Source: Botryllus schlosseri (lineage: Eukaryota). From it: a stretch of 64,000 nucleotides of DNA. The position numbers were made by a program, and so were the translations under genes. Where the stretch lies: the NCBI GenBank assembly GCA_051294905.1, contig CM119371.1, positions 15,812,001 to 15,876,000 on the forward strand, written 5' to 3'. The notes under the pieces were generated by a model. The model searched no databases. It saw only the letters and a program-made list of their open reading frames with translations, and was not told the origin of the DNA. Positions 38,037 through 50,100 of this stretch are shown here, one piece after another; within the stretch, counting starts at the first letter, position 1, and the number at the start of each line of letters is the position of its first letter.

Positions 38037-38940
38037 ATGTTAGGGTTGGGGTGGGGGGTATTAGGGTGGGGGGAAAGGGGGATATTAGGGTTTTCGGAGG
38101 CGATATTAGTGTTAGGATTGGTGGATGGGGATATTAGGGTTGGCGGAGGGGATATTAGTGTTAGGATTGGTGGATATTAGTGTTAGGATTGGTGGATAGG
38201 GATATTAGGGTTGGGGTGGGGGGTATTAGGGTGGGGGAAAGGGCGATATTAGGGTTGGCGGAGGGGATATTAGTGTTAGGATTGGTGGATGGGGATATTA
38301 GGGTTGGCGGAGGGGATATTAGTGTTAGGATTGGTGGATAGTAATATTAGGGTTGGGGTGGGGGGTATTAGGGTGGGGGAAAGGGGGATATTAGGGTTGG
38401 CGGAGGGGATATTAGTGTTAGGATTGGTGGATGGGGATATTAGGGTTGGCGGAGGGGATATTAGTGTTAGGATTGGTGGATGGGGATATTAGGGTTGGCG
38501 GAGGGGACATTAGTGTTAGGATTGGTGGATGGGGATATTAGGGTTGGCGGAGGGGACATTAGTGTTAGGATTGGTGGATAGTAATATTAGGGTTGGGGGA
38601 GGGGATATTAGTGTTAGGATTGGTGGATAGTAATATTAGGGTTGGCGGAGGGGATATTAGTGTTAGGATTGGTGGATAGTAATATTAGGGTTGGGGTGGG
38701 GGGTATTAGGGTGGGGGAAAGGGGGATATTAGGGTTGGCGGAGGGGATATTAGTGTTAGGATTGGTGGATGGGGATATTAGGGTTGGCGGAGGGGATATT
38801 AGTGTTAGGATTGGTGGATGGGGATATTAGGGTTGGCGGAGGGGACATTAGTGTTAGGATTGGTGGATGGGGATATTAGGGTTGGCGGAGGGGACATTAG
38901 TGTTAGGATTGGTGGATAGTAATATTAGGGTTGGGGGAGG
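38037..38940 (+). repeat. G-rich minisatellite (~49-bp unit containing TTAGGG)
   Basis: Unit ggggatattagggttggcggaggggatattagtgttaggattggtggat plus variants; mirrored by a shorter C-rich array at ~63010-63530. Confidence 0.92.
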
Positions 38941-39075
38941 GGGAGATAGCGTAGTCGTAACGATAAGCGCCCACCAATCTGGCGGACCCCGTTCGATTCC
39001 CGTCGGAGGTTTATGTGGGCTCCTCTTCCCTCGCCGTTGCCGCTCTTACGGAGACAAAAAAGACCAACGAAAGAA
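38941..39075 (+). mobile_element. tRNA-like SINE head inside the left TIR
   Basis: gggagaTAGCGTAGTCGtaacg...cccGTTCGATTCCcgtcgg; the body resembles the SINE at 3290-3418. Confidence 0.6.
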
Positions 39076-40988
39076 AGCACTCACAAGGAATGGAAAGAAC
39101 TAGTAGAAAGGACCGCGGCTTCAATAAGATCAACATCGAAATGAACTGCGACATCGGGCACGGCTTCGATAAGATCAACATAGAAAAGAACTGCGACATC
39201 GGGCACTCTAGACCGAGGTGGAAATTAGATTAAAAGGATCGCAACTGCATGCGTGTCGTTCGACATCCTCCTATCTGCTCATTACATCGCATTTTGTCTT
39301 ATCGCATGTACATTGTGTGTGACTTGTTCAGATGAAACATATAACCCAACGATTAATAATATGATATTATTACTATTAGGGTTGAGGTGGGGAATGTTAG
39401 GGTCCATTCATTACATTCAGCACCCATTACCATCCGTTCAAAAGATACATATTTTCCAATTGCCAAGATAGAAAGTATCGAATCTTTCATTCGAGCACGG
39501 GGTTAGATCGTTCTAGTTCATTACAAAACTGATTCAAATATAAGCGAGTGATTAATATGATGCCTATTGAATCAATAGGTTGCGTCAATTCACACGGAGT
39601 CATCATTACAAACGATGGAAAAACATAAGCGGGTGAATTCAAGCCTGCAGGCTCGTGCCGCTAGGACATACTTTGCGATAGGTGATGCTGGAGCAAACTG
39701 ATGATAATCAGTATGTTGATATTTCATCCTTTCGAATACACGAAAAGATTGCGATTGAACGAAAAAATTGGAAGGTATTGAAACGATATTTAGTAGTCGT
39801 TGAAACCGGACATTCGGACACCACACTTCCTGTAGCCATAAGACAGTGTAAAGAGGCACTTATGTCGTTGTAGCCTTGTAGGATGGGCAGTTGGACACTG
39901 AATATAAAGTAACAGAAGTGATGGGATGATAGCCTAATGAAGTGGCATGTTTCGGAATGATGGGCCGATATATCAAATTGAGATTTGAATGTGGACGTTC
40001 TTGACGACTGTCTGGATGGCCTTCGAGGCTTTTAGCGATGTCTTTCCCAAACTTATTTCCACGGCGTATTTCAATATCGAATATATTTTACATATAGATA
40101 GAAAGTCTCGAATCGAGAGGTGAAGTCAATACACGCATTCATGGTTAACACGACCATATGGAATTAGAGATAACTGACCTACCGTATGTTAGTTAATTAT
40201 CTATAATGGAATCAAGATTATATAGGCTTGCATCGCTGGGATAGAGATTGACCTTAATAATGTTATAGTGGACCGGACTTTCTGCCAGCACGTGAACGAC
40301 CAACTGAGGCAAGGCGATATATACCCTTCGAAGAATGATGATCTTCATCGGAATCCATTGTGACACACAGAAAACGAATGTCATCAGAAAATTGGCACTA
40401 GCCAACCCAATATTGCATAATGACATATTCAAACTTATCTATAGTATACGTCCATAATATATTTAGGTCGATAGAACGTAATTGGGCTACCGCTACGGTC
40501 AATTCTAATGTCTATTGCGTGCTACACGATAAAGGCGCGGTATGTCTTGGTGAACGGGACTTTGGAATGTTCATTGCCAACCTAATAATATTGATTTTCT
40601 CGACGGCAAATTGAAAGTTCAAAATTATCTGGCTGGACGTCTCTGAACTACCAGTAGGCATAACTACTCTTCAAAATATTGTGAAGTATACACAGTAGAG
40701 ATCGTGTCGATTCCATACAGCAATTAACAATTTGCCAGTATACGCGTTGAAATTGCATGGCGATACCGAGTGACGTAATTCTCTTTAGATGGATTTCAGG
40801 TGCGATGTCAGGGTCACCAATATAGCAATCTGTCTTAGCAGCTGCGTTGACCTCCGGTTGACTCGGCATACGGGTCTCTCGATTTCGCAATACTCAACAT
40901 TTATTCAATGCCGTGAACCTATGACACCAGGTCTGACAATACACGAATCGTTATTCTGACTATACGTTCATCTACAAACCTATCATAT

Positions 40989-41324
40989 TGCGGTGAAAGG
41001 AGCTGTCTGTCCGATATTCTGCGATGGTATGTACCGCAAGTCCGTATGTTATGGATAGCGGCTTACAATATCCTTATCTGGCAGTAGCGGATACGAACGA
41101 CGTCCTGCGTGTAGCTCTTTGACTGGTAGTTCAATAGACGACAATTGCCTTTTCCATATGTATTGGACGGATGGTTACTTCAAGCAGTAGGTTATACGGC
41201 GTACGTTGAGTCTCATATCAAAAGGGACTAATATGCGATATGCGCTCGGTTATAACTATGCGATAAGTCACGTGATGTAGTATTTCTTCCTACAGATAGG
41301 AGAGAGGGGGCTAGAGCTCCCACA
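40989..41324 (-). repeat. 3' LTR
   Basis: tgcggtgaaagg...gagctcccaca; no difference from 45071-45406 found by eye. Confidence 0.93.
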
Positions 41325-43756
41325 CTGTCCCATCTAAAAGGGAATGATAGCGATAATCAAATCGTATAGGTTACTAAATGTAACAGGGGATGCAAGTACA
41401 AAATGAAATAATCGCAATACAGTAAATACATAATGTGCGGATTGATTGTAGCAGATGGTTATCATGTGAGGTCAAATCCCGTGGTCTGAGATACAATTTC
41501 ATATAACTATGCATGAGGATTGGAAAAGGCAACAAAAAAAATTTTTTTTGATGTTTTATTTAAATGAGAGAAGAAAAAGGTAAGGGCAAGGGAAGCGAGT
41601 GGCGGAGATCGACAAGGGATTAGAAGTTGCCGCCAACCGCTGTAATATAGGGCACTACCGCCGCACTTAATTCATAATCGACTGAGACGAATGGATAATT
41701 AGTGTGGGAAGGATGTGGTGACCCTATTTACGAACGAAAAATAGAGCAACCAGTTGTGTGTTATTGTGAACCACCAACGTTCTAATTTCCATAACCGCTG
41801 GGAGTTAATAATCGAATAAAGCTTAAGGGAGCGGCGGTAAGTGTTGATGCGATGGGAGAAAAATTGTAAAAAGCGATGGGAAATATCCAGGCAGAACAAA
41901 GACATGCTGCGAAATGGTTGCGAGAAACGTCTGTTAATCAAAATTCCATTCGAATGTGCCGCCATAATCAGTCGAGCACGCAAAATGTGCTTTCCACGTG
42001 GGATAGGCGAAAATAAAAATATCTCAACGTGGTGGGGTCGCGAGGATGCCGGGTTGTACCAATGTCAATGCTCATCGTAATATTTCATAACACCGCCGAT
42101 GGTGGGAACCTGCCTGCGGAAACTGCCCATTTGTGGCAGATGCCTTTTCACGACCCTCGATCGGAGGTGGTCGACTTTCGTGAAACGCGAAAACCGTCGC
42201 GGAAGCCGTAATAATCTTCTGGTACGAAACGCATTCGTAGCCAGCGCGCGATCGGCTATAGGACGCAATCGGTGTAGCGTTCCAATTCGAAGTGATGATG
42301 CAGTTTCTGGTATCGGCAGCAGGTGAAAGTTCGTATGAGCGTCTCCGGCATCCGGTACTATAGCGCGACTCTCGGTGGGGCGGCACGAATGTCGGGTACG
42401 TGTTTCTGGAATTGTAAGACAAGCCGGCAGCAGTCGCAAATTGGATACTAACAACAGGCGAGCAAAATTAAAATGTTAAACACACTGGTAGCAATCAAAC
42501 GTATACACAAAATTGCGAAATGCACATATGGCAGGCAGCGAAGCAGATTGCGGCTCAGCTCTGTAGGTGGAATCCTAGCACCGCTAGATGTTGCAATTAC
42601 TTCTACTTGTAGTAGTGACGTCATATACATGACGTAGAATGAAAATGAAAACCAAACGGGTCAACAAGGCATGTCGAAACACGTGCATTGTGCTGGCGAA
42701 CTAAATCGAGTGTCGATATCAAATCGCCATGTCGACGCGGGCTAATCAATAACTCGGTCCGCTAACGAATCGAAAGATAAGGAATAACAAATAAGTAATA
42801 ATCACAGCACGCACACCTAACATATCGCAAATGTAAACGCGCGCCCAGCTACTTTCGTGTGCTTCGAAGGCTGATTAATAATAATAATGGCGTTTCGACC
42901 GGTGGAATACGCCTTAATAACGGTGTGCTAGGTATAATTCGCCTAAACGCTGGATAATTATTTTATCCAAAAACCGTATGATAATGTCCGGTCAGTGGAT
43001 CATTTCGAGAAAATGGCGCACGGGCGAGACGCGAGTCGGCGGAACTCTACTTCTGCTTCGTTATGCAATCGTGAAAGTAAATAGTATGAGTTTAAACTGG
43101 GGGTTGCAAATCATAAATTCCATGCGCATTAGAATTGCTGAATCGCGCACCAGCAGTCCCCATATCTAAAAACGGTTTGGCGAGATATCAAAGCCAGTAC
43201 AAGGAAAATTACTTGGAAGCATAAGTTCCCCGTGCTCACGGCATTACATATACGACCCGGGAGCGAAAGCGAAGACCTGCAGACCCCGTACTTCAACCGT
43301 ACCCCAAATTCACAAGTTCCCCAAGTATAGCTGTAATGGGCATAGGTGATGTTAAGAGAATCGTGAGTATACAAAAATGTTTCACGGATATCTGTGACCA
43401 GATATCAGTAGCCATGCACTAAAATTGCATGGCGACCATATCTGCACAATGAAAAATCAAGCAAGGTAGTCTAATAATGAATATAGACTTAGAACAAAAG
43501 ATGAAAGAAAACCGAGACCACGCTATTGTCATCAAGACAATGGCGAAGTCATTGAGGCAAAATTGATATAAAATGTGCAGCTAGTTTTCTGCGAAAATGA
43601 ATGACATATCATAATCTTGCAAATTCCGAGGCGCCGTCAAGCGTCGTCCGGAAGTCGAAGTTTTGTGTACAACAGTCATCCTTAGGTTTTTTTGTTTAAG
43701 TAACACGTTTAGTACAATAGCGTAAGGCGAATCGACAGATTAAACGATCCAACAAA

Positions 43757-44248
43757 TTACGCGTGATGTGTTAACTGTATATCAAATTCAAATTTATGTA
43801 GAGGCGGTCTGTCGAGTTCAGAATCAAAAAGTGATTGGTAGCGTGATAGCAGTGCTGCGATGCTGTCATTTTTACAATATAATGTCACGTTATATACCAA
43901 ACCTGCCTTCTGAACGTCCGAAACGGCTGAGATCGTTATTTGATTGTGCTCATCCCTAATCGTGCGCTCGCGCATGTTTACAGTCCAACCAAAATGGCGG
44001 AGGAAGTCCGCGCCAATTATGCAATAGGGCAGCGATGCGATCTCAAAACTGAACGTATATTCGACCGAAGAACCGAATGACAGCGTCAATTGCGATTGGC
44101 CGTAGCCAAGAAGTATCGTGTCATTTGGACAACGGAACGCGACCGTCGGACCACCCAATGAATCCGTCAGGGCTTTTATGAAGCTATTTTCACTTCCCAA
44201 GTCAATTAAAAATACATATTTGCTTCCGTAGTCAAAAACAAACAGCAA
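43757..44248 (-). pseudogene. Retropepsin-like aspartic protease remnant
   Basis: LFVFD....VFLIDLGSENSFI (FLIDTG-like site with T>L) and IIGADFLRHFG motif; the ORF stops where RT would begin. Confidence 0.78.
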
Positions 44249-44334
44249 ATAGGAGGCATTAGGTTAGGTTAGGCATTAGTGTTGTAAAGTATTATCGGCG
44301 GCTTTAGCGTCTGAAATCAATGTGGCCATACGTA

Positions 44335-44802
44335 CTAGTTAATGAAGTATAAAGCGGGCGCGTTTCGATCAAAAGATGCATCTTTAACCGAACTAATAGC
44401 GCGTCCAGCTTCCTCAATACACGTGTCACGATATTCCTTTGACAAGCCGAATGAGCGAATTTGCCGGTTCTCGCGTGGGCGAGAAGCGTATTGATGGTGT
44501 GGTTCAACAACTAAATTCATGCGAACCAGATCACGGGTAGGCGGTGCATTCAGGGGAATCTCACTACTCGCGCCCCGGGATACCTCATCATTATCCTCGG
44601 CGTCTGTGTGAGTGACAGGCCCGTTAATTTCGGCAGTTATGACATCGACATTTTGATTTTCACGAAGTAGGCCTACGCTGACTTGAACATTATCATCGGA
44701 TAGGCCGGATCCAGTAGCAGGTTCATCCCTGCGGTTTCTAAGATCGTAATTATGCAATTTACTTTGAGCTTCACTTGCGTCTGTTTCGCCGCTGGTTGCC
44801 AT
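44335..44802 (-). pseudogene. gag-like ORF (N-terminal part)
   Basis: First ORF after the PBS (MATSGETDASE...YDLRNRR...); the call rests mainly on position. Confidence 0.5.
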
Positions 44803-45070
44803 ATTAATATATATCGTAATAAATGTACGAAAATGGTAATAGGCAAAAGCGCGGAATAAATAACACGGAAAATTAAACTGAAAGGTATGTGCGAACTGCT
44901 GACCGACAAACAATTCCAGAAATGGTATAGAAGGGTAAATACCGGATGTGTCTTGCAGTCCTGGTGTTCTCAGTGAGTTTCCGTATCGTCGCAGGTGAGT
45001 ATTAATGGTCCGTTGATGGAGTAGCGAAGAGTCTTTTCGTTTGAATCAAGTCATTCACTCGTGGGCATCA

Positions 45071-45406
45071 TGCGGTGAAAGGAGCTGTCTGTCCGATATT
45101 CTGCGATGGTATGTACCGCAAGTCCGTATGTTATGGATAGCGGCTTACAATATCCTTATCTGGCAGTAGCGGATACGAACGACGTCCTGCGTGTAGCTCT
45201 TTGACTGGTAGTTCAATAGACGACAATTGCCTTTTCCATATGTATTGGACGGATGGTTACTTCAAGCAGTAGGTTATACGGCGTACGTTGAGTCTCATAT
45301 CAAAAGGGACTAATATGCGATATGCGCTCGGTTATAACTATGCGATAAGTCACGTGATGTAGTATTTCTTCCTACAGATAGGAGAGAGGGGGCTAGAGCT
45401 CCCACA
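45071..45406 (-). repeat. 5' LTR
   Basis: Direct repeat of 40989-41324, followed on + by the TSD atat. Confidence 0.93.
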
Positions 45407-46390
45407 ATATATGGCGGGCGTGGGCTGATATGGGAAAATGAAGTACTTTGCGGAACGCTTTCCTCAATCATAATACTATTCGCCTATTTCTCCACCTATA
45501 CAAGGAACAAACCGTGTTTAATGTGAACTTCAAGTTGAAAACGTAGAGACCAAAAACAGTATTCAGTGAAATAATTAACGTAATGCACATGAATAGCTAT
45601 TGAAGTCAAGATATATAAGCTGTTGAACTCTGACTGTGTGTCGGACGTAGAAAACGTAGTTTATATGGGCATCATATGGTCTTTAACTCGCTCTACCCTG
45701 TCCGTGCATTAGTCGAGCGTCTTCATAATTAATAATCCGTATTGCCGTAACCACTTTTCAGCGTTTCTGGATCATTGGCTGTGGACCTGTGGTACCCAAC
45801 ACAGTGACGTTGAAAATATACAAAATGTAGGCTACATAGGACATTGTTGGATGATATGTAACAAATATCACATAAATGTTTGACGATCGCGCTAATGCGA
45901 TCGCAACCAGAATTTATTCCCTTAGCGACCTATATGTTTGAGTTGTGACAGAGAAGACATTCAACTATGGGTAGCGGTGATAAGAGTAATCAACGTTGCT
46001 ACTCAAGTAGTACAAGTAGCGACTTCAAACTTGGTAGAAAGTCAGTATTATAGGCCTGTTTTGAATCGAAAACTGTTCAAGTAGAAGTAGAAGTATGCAG
46101 AAAATGCAACCAGTAGGCTATAGTGTGTGTCGATAAAATGTACTCGAACTTGAAGTGGAAGAATTTCCTTCGTCCTTTGACCCTCTATTACTACGGGTTA
46201 GAGCTGTCATTGAAAGGACACCGACGAGAGTTCATCGATGTGTTTTTCAGTCACTAAAGTCTTCACTGCCGCGTTGCCCCCTAGTTGACTCTGTATTCGG
46301 CTTCATCCAGCGATCGAAAACAAAACACGTCACAATGTTCACCGTACGTATTTAAATACCATGCCGCCCTGACCGAGTAACATTGAGTTG

Positions 46391-46853
46391 ATGATGGCGG
46401 GGGCGAATGTATATCCGAGTCTTTCTAAAGTAAATTGGAGGGAGCTGACTTTGGCGACAATCGACAAGGCAAGCGCAATTGCTTGGTGCCGACAGCACGG
46501 ACTGCTTGCGAAACAAATGCGATGCCCCGAATGCAATGGCGATATGGCGGAATACGAGCGGAGCACAAAAATCGGATTCCGTTGGCAATGTCGAGACCGC
46601 GACTGCAAAACGACATTGCAAATTGTGAAAAATAGTTTTTTCGATTTCAACTTCAAACCACCATCGAATTGCTGTATTTATACTCGTATGAAATGGCGTC
46701 GTACAAAAATGTTAGACGGGAGTGCGGGATCGCTAGCGATGAGACCATCTGTAACTATCGCAACTACGTCCGAGACATATATGCCGAGTATTTCGTGGAC
46801 AATCCACTTCAATTGGGCGGCCCTGGAAGAGTCGTTGAAATCGACGAGTCGGC
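46391..46853 (+). pseudogene. Merlin/IS1595 transposase, N-terminal half
   Basis: Zn-ribbon (HGLL...RCPEC...WQCRDRDC...KNSFF), frameshift at ~46645, then ...LQLGGPGRVVEIDES containing the first catalytic Asp; cut by the insertion at 46854. Confidence 0.9.
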
Positions 46854-46889
46854 AGTAGTTAGTATGATCGCTCGTGAGGTGCGTGGGGT

Positions 46890-47170
46890 TCTTATGGCGG
46901 GGTCGCATGCTAACGCGAAAACCGGGGGTGGCATGCTAACGTTTTCGTCTTATGGCGGGGTGGCATGCTAACGTTTTCGTCTTATGGCGGGGGTGGCATG
47001 CTAACGTTTTCGTCTTATGGCGGGGGTGGCATGCTAACGTTTTCGTCTTATGGCGGGGGTGACATGCTAACGTTTTCGTCTTATGGATGCGGTCGCATGA
47101 TAACGCGAAACTCGTGGTGGCATGCTAATGTTTTTTGGTATACGTGCGGCGACATGCTAACGACGATAAA
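46890..47170 (+). repeat. 33-bp subterminal tandem repeat
   Basis: (tcttatggcgggggtggcatgctaacgttttcg)n, decaying inward to ~47750; mirrored at ~60270-60552. Confidence 0.9.
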
Positions 47171-50100
47171 TGTGTCTGTCATGTATTCTTACGGGATCTG
47201 TGGCGACTCGCCATGTGTTCTTGCGGTCGTGATTCGTACTTTCAGGCATCTCTCGCGCGGTGTTGAATATGTATCAAGTAAATAGTCATGTGAATGAATC
47301 TTTGTTAATGTGTATATCGTTATTCTTATGGATGCGGCGATGATTCGTACTTTCAGGCATCTCTCGCGCGGTGTTGAATATGTACGAGTCACCAACAATA
47401 ACCGCACAAACGGAAACGTGGCTTGTTGTGAGGATTAAGCAAATGACCTGCGCGCTGAATTGTTTCACAGCCAACCGCGGTGGTCGTGACTCGCCTTTTT
47501 TACTATAGGTGGTGACGGTGATTTGCCTGTCGTGTATTCTTACGGGGTCTGTGGTGACTCGCCATGTGTTCTTATGGATGCGGTCGCATGCGGCTATTGC
47601 GTCTTATGGCGGGGGTGGTGAGCGGGTATTGATGCTAACACGAAACCCGGGGTGGCGAGCGGCACTTATTTCTTATGGCGGCGGGTCTTATTTCTTATGG
47701 GTGCGGTCGTGATTCGTACTTTCGGTATAGACTGCGGGCGGCATGTCGTACTTTCAGCAAAAAAGGTGTGAAATAGTTTGCCAAGTCTAGGAATCACTTG
47801 CAAGGTAATATTTTGGTATTTAGTTTACCACAGAGCCGGCGTAGACGGTGATTCGAATTTCAACAATAACAACGGTCACAAATTAACACTTCAAATAGCT
47901 GTGAAATAGTTTGCAAAACCCCGCGATCACTGACAAGATAATATCTCGGTCATAACCATCTTTCACGACTTGGTGTCATAACCATACCGATCGCTCACGC
48001 GGTGAAATTTTAGTAATCAGTTTGTCACAGAACTTGATATCGCTGGTAAGATTTAACAAGTAACGAATAACAGACCGCGGTAACTTGAATAGCGACAAAT
48101 TGTCACTTATTTCCGCTCTAACTCTAATCCTTTGTGAAGTGAACGCTTATTCAAAAGGGTGTGATATAATTTTAAAATCCAACGACCACTCACCGGATAA
48201 TACTTCAGACATAGCAATTCCGCATACCCGCCTACAAGGTAATATTTCGGTAATTAGTTTGTCACAGAACCGTCGCAGGCGGTGGTTGGAAAACCGACAA
48301 TTTGTCACTCGCCCGCGATCGCTATATGTTTCACGCCTCCAGAATAGTGGCTGACTTTAGTTGCGTGATAAGATCCATGAAAATATTCAATCAATGTGTT
48401 AGTTTATCAACTTGAAATGAAACTCACTACACAAATCAAGTCGATTCGTATCTGAATGTTTTAAATCGGTACAACTCTAATCCTTTGACAAATCCCTTAC
48501 CGCGTTTTTGTTGAATCGAACGTAACCCGACTATTACTGACGCCGACTTTCAGCCGCATCGAATTATTCGCACATTCCGCGCCACTGTTTTCACACTTAT
48601 AGAATCAATACCAACTATAACTCTACAAGAATCAAGAATCACAAGTATGTGCATTACACAGTTATTGTCTTTATTAACTTGAAATCAAACACTTAACAAA
48701 AACACACAACTAATCATTTGGCAACTCTAGCATTACCAAAAAATTCCAGTATTGTTGATTGAAAATCCTTGAGTCATTATTATCAAAAATGTTATAGTAC
48801 CGCATCGGAATCCATTCGCGGGATGTACTAAAGTTAAATCCAGATAATCCAAAATGAAATATTTGGACTTTGACATTGCGTGAATTGAAATAGGCTTGAC
48901 AAACATGACTACCAACTTTCACCCAGTCACATTTCAAGATCATACTTTGAAACAATCCTTGAAACTTACAACTCTATTCACGACTGAGTTTTCCGTTTAT
49001 CAAATAGAGTTTCAGTAAATACTATCGCGATATTTTAATGTGTTACTACACACAATAGAATCAATCAATGAAATGGCACCTGTTGTAAATATTTCTAACT
49101 TGACAACCACTTGTGCGTACCGCGATCGACTTGCGACGCGATGAGTTAAATCGGAATATTTCTATCTATTTGTCGAAACCTTGAACAAACTATCAGGTTA
49201 TTTTTTGTTATAATCGAGTGAACGGAAATAGTATTACGTCTCAACATTTTAGCATCTTCCCATAAACAAAAGAGTAAAATACAAAAAACCTTGTCAAGTC
49301 AATCCGTTTGTAACTTACCCAACCAAAGCAAAAAGTATCCTTATGAAAAGTAGACAAGACTACGCCAGTAATCACTACAATCCAAAATCCATAACAAGTT
49401 CGGTTGTATTCATATCCCTACGACGCGTCTTTTGTTTTTCAACTGTAAAAGTCGTTACTATTTTGCAAGACAAAGTAATTACTACTTGATATATTTTATA
49501 AACCAAAGTAAATACTACTCGGTGTGTGGTTTGAGATTAACGTATTACATTTGAGTATACCGGATTTGAATACCTGACCAACGTAGTTGAGAATTCATTT
49601 CTTACAATCAAACGCCGGTTTTACATTGAAAGGTATCATACTGTAAACATAAGGATTGACACATTAATTTGATATATGAGATTTTGTATTGCTCGACCAC
49701 GAATTGATTATTAAATTATTCACGATAATTAGACCCGATGTTGTGGTAAAGGTTATTAGAAAATATCACTTTTGGCATCGAGTACCAGTCGAAGTTGGTG
49801 AACAATAACACCGAAAATGATAAATGCGTTTCGTGCTACTATTGATACAAGTTCATTTCTATCAGGTGAAATAAACGCCATCACAAAACTCAGAGCATGC
49901 AAAGGTCTTGATTGATATGAATTTCGATTTGTGTCTTATGATTTTAGAAATATTATGATTCGTTAAACCAAAGTCGTATGTCCGATTATTAATTGATTGG
50001 AAACTTGATCACGTACCTCGATCATTACAGAAGATTATAACCCCATTGTCCGACAATCTTTTACAAAAGGATCGAAACCAAGTAACCCAAAGTCGTTGCC

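Larger units (their letters stand above)
37908..40620 (+). repeat. Merlin left TIR (~2.7 kb)
   Basis: Reverse complement of ~61710-63660, with mirrored ORFs in the track (e.g. 39682-39873 and 62070-62261). Has a longer satellite and a ~360-bp segment (~40180-40540) missing from the right arm. Confidence 0.88.
40989..45406 (-). mobile_element. Non-autonomous Ty3/Gypsy-type LTR retrotransposon
   Basis: Two 336-bp TG...CA LTRs; 4-bp TSD ATAT; on the minus strand a PPT (agatggggacag) abuts the 40989-41324 LTR and a PBS-like tgatgcccac follows the 45071-45406 LTR; gag-like and protease ORFs present, no RT motif seen. Confidence 0.92.

Noticed and set aside
38037..38940. True telomere or chromosome fusion site
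   Set aside because: TTAGGG is embedded in a 49-bp complex unit inside a TSD-bounded transposon, not a pure hexamer array.
38289..39103. Gly-rich ORFs, also MLTFSSYGGGG (46965-47285) and PTPTP/GVGVG ORFs (33059, 34804)
   Set aside because: They are translations of satellite or MITE repeats.
46890..47170. 33-bp and 41-bp (51845-52380) regular repeats as CRISPR arrays
   Set aside because: Head-to-tail tandem units with no unique spacers, no cas genes and a eukaryotic context.
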